Shown: positions 1 to 13,733 of the stretch, one piece after another
Position numbering within the stretch: the first letter of the stretch is position 1
Layout: each line of letters begins with the position of its first letter
Assembly: GCA_004431415.1 (NCBI GenBank)
Contig: QPMI01000632.1
Location: forward strand, 131,986-195,985
Direction: 5' to 3'
Origin: Cyanophora paradoxa CCMP329
Lineage: Eukaryota > Plantae > Glaucophyta
Length of the DNA: 64,000 nucleotides
Program-made: the position numbers and the translations under genes
Notes under the pieces: generated by a model
What the model saw: the letters and a program-made list of their open reading frames with translations, nothing else
What the model was told of the DNA's origin: nothing
Databases searched by the model: none

Positions 1-2467
1 GGCCGGCGAGGACGAGGTCCTCGTACGAGGCGAAGGCGAGCGTGTAGGGCGCCGAGGCGATCCCGCGGAAGGCCGCGAAGTCCCCGCACGACTGCGCCCC
101 CGGCCCGAACGCCGCGAAGATCCGCGCCCTGGCAGCGTCGACGATTTAGAGAATTGAAGTGAAGGAGTATTGCGATGTTGATTAGAGCCATCGGAGGTTA
201 TTATAATATTATATATACATAATTAGCTGGCGGACCCGAGGGCCTGCGTGGCGGCGGCCTGCTGGACGAGGGCCGCCGCGTCGTCGGGGCAGCTGTTCAT
301 CACGACGTAGAAGATCTGCGTACCCCCATTAGGAAGGGGTGGCCATGGGAGGGTGCGGGGTGCTGCGGTGTGTGGGGGGGGTAGGGGGTAGGGGGCAGGG
401 GCAGGGGGGGGGGGATGGCGGGCCTTGCTGTAGGGGTTGGACGAGCGGCTCTGCGGGCGGATGAGAGGGGCGAGGGGGCGCCGCGCATATTCGACGGGGC
501 GGGAGGACGCGCGCCGAGGCGGCGAGGGCGAACTCGCTGTGGGTGAGGTTGAGCGCCTGGGCGACCGAGCTGCCGGCCCCCGTCGTCCCCTGCCGCTCCT
601 GCCCCGGGGCTCGCGACCGCGAGGGAAAGCGGGGCGGGACGGGGCTGGGCAAGGCGGGGCGGGGCGGGCCGGGCTGAAGAGGGGCACGCGGGCCGCGACG
701 ATGCTGGTGGGCAGGGAGCGGGTGACTTGGGCGCTCTTCGGCAGCGTGATGAGCGTCTGCGCCGCATGGCCAGCGGGGGCCGCCGCTCGCGTTCGTGAGG
801 CGCGGCCGCCGAAGAGAAGGCGAGGCCCGCGGAGATATCCCTGAAGCTCGTGATTATAATAATTAGAGGCGCACCGAGGAGCCTGAGCCAGTCCCCTGGA
901 AGGTGCGGACGCCGTATCTGTCATGGCCAGAGGATGGCGTGTAATATTAATTATATAAGAAGGCTTATAACAATTGCAAAGAAGCTTAAGGCGCCCTCGC
1001 GTCCTCTGGCATCGATGTCCAAACACATCATTAATTATAATAGATTCTTTATTGAAAGGCTCTCGATCTGCGGACCGGAGCTCGGAGAAGGAGATCTGAA
1101 AGGAGGCGGCGGAGCGCGTCGCCCACTCGACCTGCGGTTCGTGATCAGCTACGGTCTCAGATCGCTTCGAGAGCGGCCCCGGACAGGCGCGGGCCCGCCC
1201 GCCCCCTCACCTGGTCGTACAGCTCCGCGTTCGTGACGCTGCACCGGCGGCCGCGCTCAGGGCGGATCTTGCCCCGGGCCGGGGCAGGCTCGAGCTCGCG
1301 GTTGGCGGGAATTGAGAATTGAATTGTCGCTAAAACTAGAATTGAGAGCGGCGGGGCGGACTTGCGGGTCGCGTCAAGGAGGAAGATCACGTCGGCGCGG
1401 ATGGTGTGGACCGGCGGCGGCAGCGCTGCCTCGGAGATCAGCGGCCGCGCGCTCGGAAATTCGGAAATGCTTGAGTTCGGAGCTCGAGGGGCCGGGCCGG
1501 GCCGGGGCGCACGGGGCAGGAACGTGACGGGGAGCAGGGGCTGCGCGTTCCAGGTGAAGTTGTAGGGGGCCAGCTCCTCGCCGTGGGCCCCCCAGTTGCC
1601 CGTCTGCCCCGCCCAGTACCACGTGCAGCCGCGGACCCCCAGCGACGGGCACAGCCGCTCCGACGAGAGCGTCCCGTTGGGGTACACCGAGAAGGGCGAG
1701 TTGCCCGTGAAGCTCGTCTGCTGCACGTTCGAGGGAGATACCGACGCGTTGCGGAAGACCTGGAGGAGGGGCAGGGGGTGGGGGCTTAGGGGGGTACTTT
1801 GGATGGGTAGGAGGAGTACCGACGTACCCGGAAGCACGCGTCGCTCCACGTGGCTGTAGGGCAGAGGTACAGGTCCTGGGGGTACGGCTCACGGTGGGGG
1901 ACGTGAGCATCGGAGGAGGAGGGTACCGGGTAGCGGTACAGGGGCTTGGTCGCCGGGACGCTGCGCGCGAGGCCGGTACCCGTCAACGGGTGCGAGCGAG
2001 ATCGAGAGGGGAAGAAGGCCCGCACTTGAACACGTTGTACCCGACGCCACAGAGGTTGCTGGTCGGCTCGGCGGACGCCCCCAACGTGGCAGCTGCGGGC
2101 GGGGAGGGGGCCGGGCGGGCCCGGGGGCGCGGGGGTCAGCTTGATCATGAGGCGGGGACAGCGGCCAGGGCTGGAGGGCGAATTCGAAGTGGCGGGCGGC
2201 ACCGTCGAATGCGGGGCAGCTGCGCCAGAGCTCGTTGGCGGGGGTGCCGACCAGGTACGGGAGGACGGAGGGCTGGGCCGGCGCCCCGGGCTCCTGCACC
2301 TGGCCGGCCGCGAGCGCCAGCACGGCCGCCGTAATAGCGAGTATCAGAGCCACGTTGCGATAAGCGCCTGAGATCGGACCAGCCGCATTCGCGCCGACTA
2401 GTGCTGAGGTACAAATTTGGCGTGGCCCGCTCTGGGCTGCTGATCCAGGTTCTCCGCTCCTCTTCAT
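1..2467 (-). CDS. Multi-exon secreted/surface protein with a vWA-like motif; 3' end runs off the window
   Basis: Hydrophobic signal-like stretch VALILAITAAVLALAAG near the N-terminus; Cys/Trp-rich exons (LCPSLGVRGCTWYWAG); vWA beta-A-like motif ADVIFLLDAT at about 1370-1400; C-rich introns on the minus strand. Start codon uncertain. Confidence 0.5.
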
Positions 2468-3303
2468 GCGAAGCTCCGCTCTCACTGGGACTAGAGGCTT
2501 ATCTTAAAGCTTAAGTGGCGGTACTGACGCCGGCCGCGGCGCTGAATTGGGATTGCAATTGGAAGCGTGATCAGCACGGTGGGCCTGCGATGCATACGCC
2601 GCGCTTAGCGAGCGTACGCGGCCGATCCTGCAGCTGCCGGTCATTGACGACGTGAGCAATGGCCGCGGGCCTCTCACAGAGTCTCACCTCAGCTTCGCGT
2701 GGCAGCAATGGGCTGGCGCGACAGGGCGCGCGGCCGCGCACTTTGCAATCGGACCCGTACCTCGCCGCCGAGTCGCCGGCGCCTCGGAGAGAGCTGTAGC
2801 TAAGCGTAGGAACGCGCGGCGCTGCTGCGGCTGCTCTCCATGACCAGCTGGTGACGTCTGGTCAGCTAGCTGTAGCCTTATCGCGCCGGTGCAGACCGTC
2901 GGACGCCCGCTCCGAGTGTTACTAAGTTAACGGCCGAGCCATGTACCCCGTTTGCGGAAAACAATTGAGCGGGAACTTGAGCCACGGAGCTTTGCTGAAC
3001 CAATCGCGATCGGCCCGGCGCATGCTCGAGCTAGCGCTGGCGCCGCTGGCGCTGGCGCCGCTCAACGGCCGCTGCGGCGATGGCTTCGTTTGAAAACTGT
3101 TTCGCCAGCAAAGGCTCCGTCTGCTCGGATCCGGAGCAAAGGTCCCAGGCCCTGAGGGGGGAAAGGTCCCGGACTCTCGGACCCGGAGTCGAGTTTTTAA
3201 AAAACTCGACCGCGAATGAAATTCAATAGGCTCTGTTTCTGTTTCTGTTCGAAGGCAGGCTGGGGGACCGGGGGACCGGGGGACAGGGGGCAGCGGGGGG
3301 CGG

Positions 3304-6300
3304 CTAGTACCCGCTGCGGGCTGGCGTAGAGGGGCCCGCGGCCGGCCCCTGGGGGCCCATCACGAGCCTCTTGGGGCCGCGGTCCCCGGGCCCCCGCCTC
3401 TCCAGCCACTCGTTCGCCAAGCCCTTCCCCTCCTCGCCCCCGCCCCCGCCGCCCCCGCCCGCTCCGCCCCGCCCGGGGCCCCGGCCCCGGTCCCGCGGAG
3501 GCCTGGGCTCGGAGCTGGAGCCCGGGCGGCGGGCGTGGCGCGCGGGCGGCCCGGAGGGCTCGCGGGGGCGGACTGCGCCCGCGGGCGGCCGTCTTTGGCC
3601 CGCCTGCGCTCCTGGAGAGCCCTGGCGGCCGCCCCGCGCTCCTCCTGCGCCGCCTTCTCCTGCCGCTCCCGCCACACAGCCACCTCCTCGCCCCGCATCT
3701 CCGCCCGCCCCTGCGCCCGCACGCAGGCCCGCTGAGCGCGCCGGCGGGCCCCGGGGGCGGGGGCGGGCGGGAGGCACCGTGGCCTCGGCGATGAGGCCGA
3801 CAGCCTCGGCCGAGGGGGAGACCTGCGGGGGCGCGCCCGCGGCGTCAGAGCGCAGCGAAGCGGCGCCAGTGCGCGCGCGTCTCAGGGTCGGTGGGCGGGG
3901 GCGCGCCTTGCAGCCGAGGGCGCGCCAGTAGAGCGAGTGCATCTCCAGCGCCGCCTCCTCCCGCGACCGCCTCTGCGACTGCGACTGCGGGGGTACGCCT
4001 CGCTCGCCCGCGGGTGGGAGGAGCGAGCGGGCGGGGGGTACGGCGCACGGCGCCGTCGGAGAGGTGCCGGAAGAACTGGAAGTACGTGTTGTGGTCCGGG
4101 TACAGGTCGCTCGAGCGCGGCTGCGGGGGGAGGGTTACGGTTTCGCGGGGACGGGGGCGAGCGCGGGGACGCGGGAGGCGAACCAAGCTCTCCATCTGCT
4201 TGAGGGCGGCCCATGCGTCCTGCTCCCTGCCGCTGCGGGGCGGGCGGCTCGGCCTGGGCTGGGGACAGGCCCGGCCCGGCCCAGCAAAGCGGGCGGACCT
4301 CCTGAGGAGGAGCTTGATCTCCATGTTGGCGAAGGGAAGGCCCCAGTGCCTGCCCCCCCGGCCGCCCTCCCCTCAGCGGAGCGAAGGCAGCCGGCCGGGC
4401 GGGCGGGCGGGCAGCGTGGAGGGGGCGCGGACCCCTCGCGGCGGGCGAGGCGGAGGACCTCGGCGGCCTCCTCGAAGCGCCGCGCCCCGATCAGCGCTGC
4501 GTGGTCGGGGTCGGGAGAGGGACAGGCGGAGGGCGGCTGGGGCGGGCGGGCGGGGGAGGGCGCGGCGCGGGGGCGGGGGCGGGGGCGAGCAAGGCCTAGG
4601 AGGAGGGCGGAGGTCTCCGCGCCTTCCCAACGGAGACGCTGGGGAGGAAGGCGGGGCACCCGGGCGCTAGGGACCCGCTGCGCCCCTCCCGCTCCCCGGG
4701 GGGCGGAAAGGGCCGGGGCGCACCGTCCGCGATCGCGCCGTAGCCGCCGGCGTTCACGCCGTGGGGCACCTGACGGCCCCGGGCCTCTTCAGCAGAGGAA
4801 ACGGGGGCGCCAGAGGCGAGAAGGGGCCGTGCCTCGCCGGAGCGGAGGCGGGCGAAGAGCTGTACGGCCTCCGCGAGGGCCGCCCGCGTGTTGAACCGCA
4901 CCAGCACCTGCACCCCCCCCAGCTGGTGGGGACGGCACGGGGCGGGACGGGAGGGGAGGGGAGGACCGCCGCGCACGTTGAGGAGGGCGCTGTGGTAGTG
5001 CTGGAGCTCCTCTTTCGAGGCCCCCGCCTCCCCGATCCCCTCCTCCAGCACCGCCCGCGCCCGCCCCAGCCACCCCAGCTGCCGGCCCCCGGCTTAGGGG
5101 AGGGGCGGGAGGAGAGGGCGGAGGGCGTACCCCCGCGAGGTAGGAGACCCAGAGGGACCGGATCGGGCCGGGGAGGCGCCACCCCTGGGGGTACGCCCGT
5201 CAGAAGGGGTGGGGGAAGACGTTCGGGGGTAGGGGCGCGCCTCCTGGGCGCAGCGCTCGAGGACGGCGCCCATGAACGCGTCCACCGCCGCGCCCCGCTG
5301 CGTGAAGACCTGCCGGGGGGGTACGTGAATGCAAGGTCGCGGGGCAGACGGGGGGAGGGGGGGGGGCAGGCGGGGGAGGGGGGTACCTGCCCGCACTTGG
5401 CGGCCTCCTTCATGATACCGGAGATGACCCCCCAGTCCGCCCCCTCCGCCTGCAGGGGGGATCGCGCCGGAGGGGTACGGGCAGGGCGGCGGGGGGTACA
5501 CGCGCCTCGAGGAGCATGCGGCGGGCGGCGCGGAGGGCGGCGTCCGCCTCCCCCGCGGCGTAGAGCCCCCGCGCGAGGTCCGCCATCACCTGTCCGGGGT
5601 CGGGGCGCGTGAGGAAGACGCAGAGAGCGGGAAAGGAGGAGGAAGGGGGGGGGGGGGGAGGGGGGGGGGAAGGAGGGGGGCCGCGGCTCGCCTTGGCGGC
5701 GACGGGGCGGGGGAGGGCGAGGCAGAGGCCGCCTCGGCGGCGCGCAGGACGGCGTGTGCCTTGTCGGCGAGGCCGGCGCCGGCCAGGCGGCGGGCGACGA
5801 TGAGGCGCGCCGTGACGCGCAGGTCGGCCCCCAGGGGGTCCCCCGGCAGGCCCCGCTCCGCCAGCTCGTCCACTAAGGGCAGGGCGTGCGCCGCCGCCGC
5901 CTCCGCGTTCGCCGCCGCCGTCACCTCGACCGCGTCCACGATCATGCCCCGCACCCGGCCCAGGAGCGTCCCCCGCGCGTCCCCGGGCCGCCGCCGCGCC
6001 CAGTGCTTGGGCCGAAGGCCCGCCGCAGCGCCGCGGCGCGCGCCGCGTCGAGCCGCGCGCCGTCGCCGTCGCCCGCGAGCCGCCGCTCGTCGGCTTGGAG
6101 CCGCAGGAGCAGGTCGGCCGCGACGCTCCGCGCCCGCTCCGCCGCCGCCGCCGCCGCCGGCGGCGGCCTCCCGCGCCGCTCGACGGCGGCCTTGAGCGCG
6201 AAGAGGGCGCACATGGCGGCGCGGTCGGGCCCGGAGAGGAGCGCGACGGAGTCGAACCAGCGCGCGGCGGCCTCGGCGCGGCCGTCGGCGACGGCGGCCT

Positions 6301-7050
6301 CGCAGAGGGCGTGGGCGAGGACGCCGTCGGGGGCGACGCCGGCGGCGGCCGCGCGCTCCGCCAGGCGCTCCGCCTCCTCCCGCGGCCGTCCGCGAGGAGC
6401 CGCTGGACGAGGGGCGTGACGAGGCGCGCGGAGAAGGGCCCGCGGCGCCGCGCCCGGCGAGCTGCAGCGCCGCCTCGGCGAGGGCCTCGGCGGCGGGGAG
6501 GTGCCCGGCCCCCGCCAGGCGCGTCACGACGGCGCAGAGCGCGCGGCACCCGTCCGCGTACTCGCCCAGCTCGGCGTCGCCGCGCATCTGCTTCAGCACC
6601 TCCAGCAGCGCTTCCGGCGAGAGCGCGGCGCCCGCGTCCCTGACCGCGACGTGGAGCAGCTGCGCGGGCGCCCGGGCCGTCGGCGCCGCCCGGGCGGCTC
6701 CGAGCCTTCGCGGGCGCGCACCTTATCGATCCAGAAGGCCATGCGGACCTCCTTCGCCCGCGGGCCGCCAGGGCCCTGCGGCTCGCTGTGCACCCAGCGC
6801 GCCCCCGCCGCCCATCGCCCCCGCTCGAGCGCCCGGGCGAGAGGCAAGCCTGCGGGAGCGAATGAGCCGCGCACGGCGATGGCCCGCGTCGCGTGTCGTC
6901 CCGCTGACCGTGCGGGCGTGCGAAGCGGAGTCCGACGGTCGCCGAGGGACGCAGGCTGGGCCGTAACTGTGATGCTATGCGAGTGTGCGCCGCTATCCGA
7001 GTGTGCGCTGCAGCCGCGAGGAGGGATGTGCTATGCAAGGCGCCCCGCAT
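3304..7050 (-). CDS. PPR-like helical-repeat protein with a predicted mitochondrial presequence (multi-exon)
   Basis: N-terminus MRGALHSTSLLAAAAHTRIAAHTRIASQLRPSLRPS is R/S/A/L-rich with no acidic residues. Exons give PPR-like segments: DAWAALKQMESL..LYPDHNTYFQFFRHL, GARRFEEAAEVLR, LAEAVQLFARLR, YHSALLN. Confidence 0.55.
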
Positions 7051-7186
7051 GCTGGCCAGCGCCGGTACCACCGCGCTCAGGTACCACGCATGCCCACAGC
7101 GCTCGCTGGCTACGATCGGTGCCGCTCGGATCGTGTGGGCTGGCGGGCTGCTTGCGGCGATGTACCCCCGTATTCTTTTTTTCACG

Positions 7187-8407
7187 ATGAACTCCAGCGC
7201 CAGCCCCAGCGCCCCCGCCAGCGCTCCAGCCCGCGTCCCCACGAGCGCAGGCGCCGCAGGGTGCGTCAGCGCCGTCAGGCTCGCCGGGAACGCGGTCCCC
7301 CGGACGTTTCGGCGTTCCTGTGTAATGCCCTGCGCGCAGCGTCTCTGCGGCTTCTCGCGGCGACCCACCGCCCTCGGCGCGTGCGTTTGATCGCCAGCAG
7401 CCCCCGGCCCGGCGCGACAGCAGCGCGAAAAACCAGCCCAAATCGCCTCCCGGGGGCGCGAAAATCGATGCCGACGCGCGGCGTGGATCAACAGCGCGGC
7501 GCCTGTCCGGAAACATTTTGGAGGCGAACTCCTCGGTCTCCGTCCGCCGCCTGAGCGCTGCTGAAGGCGCCGATCAGCAGGCCGTGCGCGCGCGACCTTG
7601 GCATGAATTTCTAGATCTGCATCGCCCGATGCCATCTGACATTTCCTCGTCGTCCTCCGTCCTGCAGGCCCATCGAACACAGGCCCACGCGCCTCGAGCT
7701 CGCCCCGCTCGCCGCATGTACAGCATGGTAAGCCAATATTAATGGGAAGCGCTTCGGCCGCAGTGTTATGGCAGGCCGTGAAATCCCCTTTTTCGCCAGG
7801 GGCTGGTGGCCGAGTCTGCGGCTCTGATGTCCGAGGCCGAGGCCTCCGCCGCGTGCGCTCATCTGGAGGCTGCCGGCGACCCGCTCGCCGCCGTCCTCTG
7901 CCGCGCGCTCCGCGACTCGGCCTTCTCCGCGAATCCGGTGCGGGAACCGAATTTCGAATTCGAAGCTCAAGATTGAAGAATCCTGTTAGAAAATTTGCGA
8001 CTGATCCTGCGCGCGCGGGGTCGCCGGCCGCGGCGGCAGTGCTCGGCGGCGGAGGTGCGGGCGTGGGTGGAGGAGGCGTCGCTGGCGCGGGACGCGGCGG
8101 AGCTCGAGGAGACGTGCGCGGCACTCGAGGCCTGCGGCCGGCCCTGGGCCGCGGCCGCGGGCCGGCACGCCTTCGCCGCCGCCTGCCGCCTCGACCAGCG
8201 CGCCGCCGCAGCCGCCCGCCGCGCCCCCGCCGCCGCGTCCCGAATCCGGACGGGCTCCTGCCCACCCCCGCGCAGCCCACTGCAGTTGCGCATGCACCGG
8301 CGCCAGCACCCGCCCCGCGCGCGAAGCCGACGCGCCCGTACCGCCCTCCCGGCGGCCCGCTGCATGGCCCGGCCGTGGTGCTCCGCGGCGGCCCCGAGGA
8401 GGAGTAG
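7187..8407 (+). CDS. Hypothetical multi-exon protein
   Basis: Protein-like high-GC3 segments (AEVRAWVEEASLARDAAELEETCAALEAC; GLVAESAALMSEAEASAACAHLEAAGDP) separated by gt..cag introns, ending in TAG at 8407. No family recognised. Confidence 0.3.
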
Positions 8408-8483
8408 CTATGCATATGTAGGAAGCAGCGTGTGTCGATTCGCTATTGCAAAGCAGAGAAACCTAATTGTAAAATCCGGGGGC

Positions 8484-10426
8484 TCAGTGGGCGGCGGCGG
8501 CGGAGAGCCAGCCGCCGATCTTCGCCGCGGCGGCCTGCACGAGGCGCCGCGGCGTGGCCCCGATGCCCTCCTCCGTCACCACGATCCGCGGCGCCGCGGC
8601 GCCCGAGGCCTGGCCGGAGGATGAGGAGGAGGAGGGGGCGCCGGCGGCCCGCTGCTGCGCGGAGTGCGGTGAGAAGAGGACGGGGAGAGCGCTGGCCGGG
8701 GCCCGGGGGGCGCACGAGCTGGGCCTGGAGGCCGGAGACTTGCTCCTGGAGGGAGCGCAGGCGGGCGGCGAGCAGCTCCGCCGAGGGGTTGCCCGCCCCC
8801 GCCAGCACCAGGCCCGGGTCCGACTCGGCCGGCGTCCCCAGCGCCGACGCCGACGGGCCCACCGACGTCGCCAGGCTCCCCACCGAGTCCCGCGCCTGCC
8901 GCCCCGATCCCGTTTGAAGGGGGGGGCGAGCCCGGGAGGGGTACGCGAGGGGTACGCGCGCGCACGTCGCGGGGGGCGGCGGAGGGGGCGGAGCTCGAGA
9001 AGGAGAGGCGCCCCGCGGCCGAACCGAACGAGGCCCGCCTGCGGGGGTACGGGTTCGTTTAAGAGGCGGAGAGGGCGGGGGTACAGGGCGCTTACGCGGC
9101 GGAAGCAGAGGGAAGGGGAGGGCGGCCCGAGGCGGAGCTCGAGGGACCGGCGGCGGCGGCGGCGGCGGCGGCGGCGCGGGAGCGGACGGAGATGTCCATG
9201 GGGGTACCGGAGGGCAGGGCGGGGGCCGGCGTGCCGGCGGCCTGCGCCGGCGCTCGGGAGCGGGAGGGGGGAGGGCGGAAAGGGCCCGCGGGGATCCGTA
9301 CCCGGAGGCGCTCGCGGCGCTCGAGGGACTCGATCGCGTCGTGGACGGTGCCTGCGGGACGGGGCGCCGGGAGTGAGGGGTACGGCGTCGCGAGGGGCTG
9401 GGCGGGGGTGCGGGGCGCACAGATGAGGCCGCCGATCTCCTCGGAGGCGCTGATGCGCATGGCGGCCTGGTACCGGGTCTCCACGCGGATCTGGAGGAGC
9501 TGCGCATGCAGGGGCGCGGGTTCGACTCCGGGCGGGGGCTTTGAGCGGGGGCCCGGACCTGCGTGTCGGCGCGGCCGAGGCGGGCGAGGAGGGCGCGCAG
9601 GTCGTCGGCGGTGGGCGCGTGCGCGCCGGCGGAGATCTCCCGCAGCGCCTTGGTCGTCTCCTGGATCAGCTCGCTCGCGTAGCTGCGCGGGGCGCGCGTC
9701 GACGGGGGCGGAGGCAGCGCGGGGCGGGGCGGGGCGGGGCGCACAGGACGGTGTCCATGGGGGAGAGGCCGGCGGCGGGGGGGTCGGAGAGGCGGGCGGG
9801 GCGCTTGCGGCGGATCGGGAGCGTCTCGCTGATGGTCGGCGAGGGCACCGCGACCCGCGAGAGCTGCTGCGCGGGGGCGGCCGGCACCGCGATCGCGAGC
9901 GAGGCGGCCGCCGCGGCGGCGGCGAGGGCGGAGGACGGGCCGGCCGGGGCGGGCTTCAGGGCGCCCCGGAGCGGCTGCCGGGCGCCGCGCTGCTGGGCGG
10001 ACAGGGCCTCCGGCACGCGCGCCTGCGGGACGACGAATTCGATCGCGCTGGAGGCGGCGGGGCGGGTCGCTGCCGCCGGCTGCGGGGCCAAGCTGACGGC
10101 CGCCGGCTTGACGGGGAGGGGCTTCACGACGCGGGACTGGACCGGTGCCGGCTGCTTAAAAACGGCCGGGCGGATCGTAACCGCAGCCGGGGCAACGAAG
10201 GCGGGCGCCTGGCCCATGGGAGCACAGACCGCGCCGACCGCGGCCGAGGCCGGCGAGGGATACGGGTTGAAACGGCCGCTCCTGCGCTTGGCCACGACCC
10301 TCTCATTGCTGCGTGGCGCGTCAGGCACCGCGGCAGTAGCGGGATAGCAGCTCGGACGCACCGGCGCGGGAGGATGCTAGTGAGGACGCCGGAGACCGCA
10401 GCCGCGGCGGATGCGAAGAGATTCAT
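8484..10426 (-). CDS. Hypothetical protein, Ala/Pro-rich N-half with coiled-coil segments
   Basis: MNLFASAAAAVSGVLTSILPR, then spliced exons SNERVVAKRRSGRFNPYP.., YASELIQETTKALREIS.., LAARLRSLQEQVSGLQAQL, ending LVQAAAAKIGGWLSAAAAH-TGA. Confidence 0.5.
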
Positions 10427-10555
10427 CTTCCAGAGCGAGGCTAGCTAGCCAGCGGCAAGCGATCGTCGAGGCGAGAAGTTCAACGGTCGGGCAGAGAAAA
10501 ACACAGGAAATTGCGTACCCGGTTTAGAGTCGCTCAAAACCAGCCCACACGCTCG

Positions 10556-13500
10556 ATGGACGATATCTTCAGCATCTTTCTTAGCAGTAGGAGAAAGCGC
10601 GCCCGAGACGAAGAGCCCCCGCCAGCGCAGCCGCGGCCTGCGCAGGCCCCTCGCGCTCCAGAGCAGCCGGCCGCATCGCGCATCGTCGAGCAAGAACAGG
10701 AGCCCGCGGCAAAGCGCTCGATCGGCGACTACCTCGCAGCGCGCAGAAGTTCGAGCGCCCCGACGCCGATCGCATCGTGCGCCGCGCCCGCGCTCTTTCT
10801 TCCTGCGCGTACGCGCTTCTCTGAGTCAGCTTCTGCAGCGAGAATGCCGTCGTCGAGGCGGCGCTTGAAGCGACGTCCCCATTTAAGGCAGCTTCAGGGC
10901 GCACAGCTGCAGCTGCCCGTACCATGCATATGGCAACCTCCCTGGGATCAAATTCGCATTCTTCTGCTGAGGCGCGCGCCGGATCATGCTCGAGCACGAG
11001 CGCGCCCTCCCGCTGCAGCTCTCCTCGGCAGCCGCCCGGCCTCGCCAGCCCCGTTGCTGGCTCGCAGCCCGCCCCGGGCGCCGGCGCGAGCTCGAATATC
11101 CAGCGGGCCCTCGCGATCGCCGGCCCCGAGCGCGCCCTGAGCGCCGAGCGGCGCCGCGCCGCGGCCGCAGACGTGCTGCGAGAAGTCCTCGCGCCGCGGG
11201 CACCCGGGCCGTTGCCCCTGCCGCTCTCCGAGCGCGCCGGCGCAGACGGCTCCCACCCCGCACCCGCGGCGGCGGGCAACAGCAGCGCGCCGAATTCGAA
11301 GCCGGCGAAGGAGAAGGGTGCAGTCAGCAGCGGCGGCGGCGGCTGGGCGAGTTCGAGGCCTCCGGATCCGCCGGAGGGCGCTGCGATTGCGAGCTGGAGC
11401 GACGACGACGACGAGGAGGAGGACGCGGAGGGGAGCGACGAGGCCCGCCCGCCCGCCCGCCCGCCGGCCGCCGCTCGCGCCCCCTGCGGCTGACGCTGCG
11501 CAGGGGCCGGATCCGGAGCGGGTGCTGGCGGAGATCGAGGAGGAGATTGAGGCGGAGATCGCGGCGGCCGGTTTGGGGGCGCCGGCCCCGCGGGGAGACG
11601 GCCGCTTCGGGTCCTGCGCGCGCCTCGGCACCGTGCGCGCCCCCTCCTCTGGAACCAAAACCCTTTCTGAACCAGGGCCCAGGCGCCGCCGCCGGCGGGG
11701 GCGCCGCGGGAGCCGCTGGAGCCGGGGCCCGGCCCTGGGGCCGGCCCGGCGGCCCCGTCCTCACCCGCCGCTCCGCGGGCCCCTCCCGCACGGGCCTTCT
11801 GAAGGCGGTGCCGCCGCCTCGGCGGCGGCGGTCGCTGACGAGCTGCTGGCGGGCGGGGCGGGGGCGCGGCCCACGCGGACGCGTACGCCCCGCGCGCCCC
11901 GCGACCGCTCCCCCGCCGAGGCCCGCCGCGCCCCTCTCTCGGAGCGGCCGCAGGCGGCGATCGCAGGCTCCGCGGCGGGCTCGGCCTCGGGCCCCGCCTC
12001 GCTCCCGCCGCTGCCCCTCGCTCCGAGCTCGAGCGCGGCGCCGGGGACGGGGACGGGGCCCGCGGCGGCGGCCAGGACGCCTCCCTCGGCGGAGCGCGGC
12101 GCTGCGCTCCTCGGGCGCATCGCCGCCGCCCTCGGGCAGCCCCTCCGCGAGGCACGCGCCCCGCCCGCCGCCCCGCCCCGCCCCGTCGCCCTCGTGGTGA
12201 TCGGCGTCCTTGCAGGTGGCGGCGGAGATGCGGGCGTGCGGCCCCGAGCGCCGCAGAGAGCTGCTGACCCTTGCCCGCTGCCCCTCGGGCCCCTCCGGCG
12301 CTCCCCAAGCGGCCGCGGGGCCGGGGCCGGCCCGGGCCGCGGCGGCCGCGGCCGCCGACAGCCCGATCGTGATCGACAGCGACGTGGAAGAGGGCGAAGA
12401 GATAGAAGGCGGGCGGGAGCCGAGCGGGCGCTGCCAAGGGGACAGAGAAGAAGAGCCGCGGCCGTGGGAGCCGGAGCCGGACGGGCTCGTCATGTTCCGC
12501 GTGCCGCCCGGCGGGGGCGCGGGGGACCCCGACGCGCGGGGCCGCTCCCTGGCGGACTTTCTCGCCCGCAACCGCCCCTCGCGCCTCACGCAGGCCTACG
12601 CCCACTGGATCTACGTGCGTGCGCCCCGCCTCGCGGCCGGTTCGCGTTTGGCCGAGGCCTGGCGGCAGGTGCATCGGATGGACGCGCGGAGGGGGGAGGG
12701 CGAGCCCGAGCTCCGCCTCAAGATCCAGATCGCAGAGGCCGAGTTCGAGGCCATGTGCGCCGCCGGGTGCGCGCGCGCTCGCGGCTCCCCCCGGATCCAG
12801 AGACTTCCCACGGAAGCGCGCCGGGGCGCGCCGGGGCGCGCCGGGGGGCGCAGGGCGGTGGCGGTGGAGGGGCTGAAGGGGCTGGCGGCCTTCTCGGGCC
12901 TCCGCACCGGCAAGTGGGTCATCTGGGCCCCCACCCGCTACGCGCGCCCCGCCCCCCGCCCATCCGCCCTCCCCCGCCCCGGGCGCGGGGCGCCCTGATA
13001 GCCGAGGCCGGCGGCCGGCGCTGGCGCCCTCGCAGATTGACGATAACTGGGAGAGGGTGGCGGGGGCGGTGGCCCGGGGCGAGCTCGGCCCGTCCGCCAA
13101 GGTCGCCCCGCGCCCCGCCGACGGCCAGACGCCGCGTGCGTCGGAGCCCAGGCCCCGCCCTGGGCCTCCCGCCGCCGGTTGCTGACCGCGCCCGGCCGGC
13201 CCGGCCCGGCCCTAGGGTACCACGCGCACGTGATTTGCGTCTACACGCCCGACCTCTTCGACGAGGCCGAGGTCCTCCGCGTCCGCGAGGCGCGCGCGCC
13301 CTGGCCCGCCGCCCCGCCCCGCCCCGCCCTGGCTTGCTTGCTTGACGGGGGCGCCCGGGGTGCCGGTCCGCCGCGTGTGTGTGCGCGCAGGCCCTCCGCG
13401 CCCTCGGCTTCCAGAGGAAGCTCGTGTACAAGGCGCGCCCCGCCCCTGGGCCTGCGCCTGGGCCTTAAGCTTTTGCACTCCCGCCTGCCACACAAATAGC

Positions 13501-13733
13501 CGACCCGATCCCTGCCCCAGCTGACGTCGACCGATCCCCTACTCCGTCTGCCACACACATAGCTGACCCGACCCCTGCCCCAGCCCCCTCCCTTATATTC
13601 TAAAACGCGTACCCCGCATCCGGATCCCCTTCCGTCAAATTTAACCTGTACCCCGCAGCCGGACCTGTACAACTACCTGGACATCGAGCGGGGCAACCGC
13701 TGGGGGATCCCCATGGCGATATACTCCCTCTAA
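10556..13733 (+). CDS. DUF1917/Bles03 (C11orf68/UPF0696-like, eIF4E-fold) protein with a long low-complexity N-terminus, copy A
   Basis: Spliced C-terminal domain FLARNRPS..HWIYV..TGKWVIW..IDDNWERVAGAVARGELGPSAKV..HVICVYTPDLFDEAEVLRVREALRALGFQRKLVYKPDLYNYLDI matches the family motifs as I recall them. Confidence 0.8.

Noticed and set aside
5410-8415. 1001-aa ORF and other very long R/P/G/A-rich ORFs (10581-13100, 26528-28906, 47935-50187, 57926-60658)
   Set aside because: Stop-poor frames caused by very high GC; they run through introns or antisense to recognisable spliced genes.
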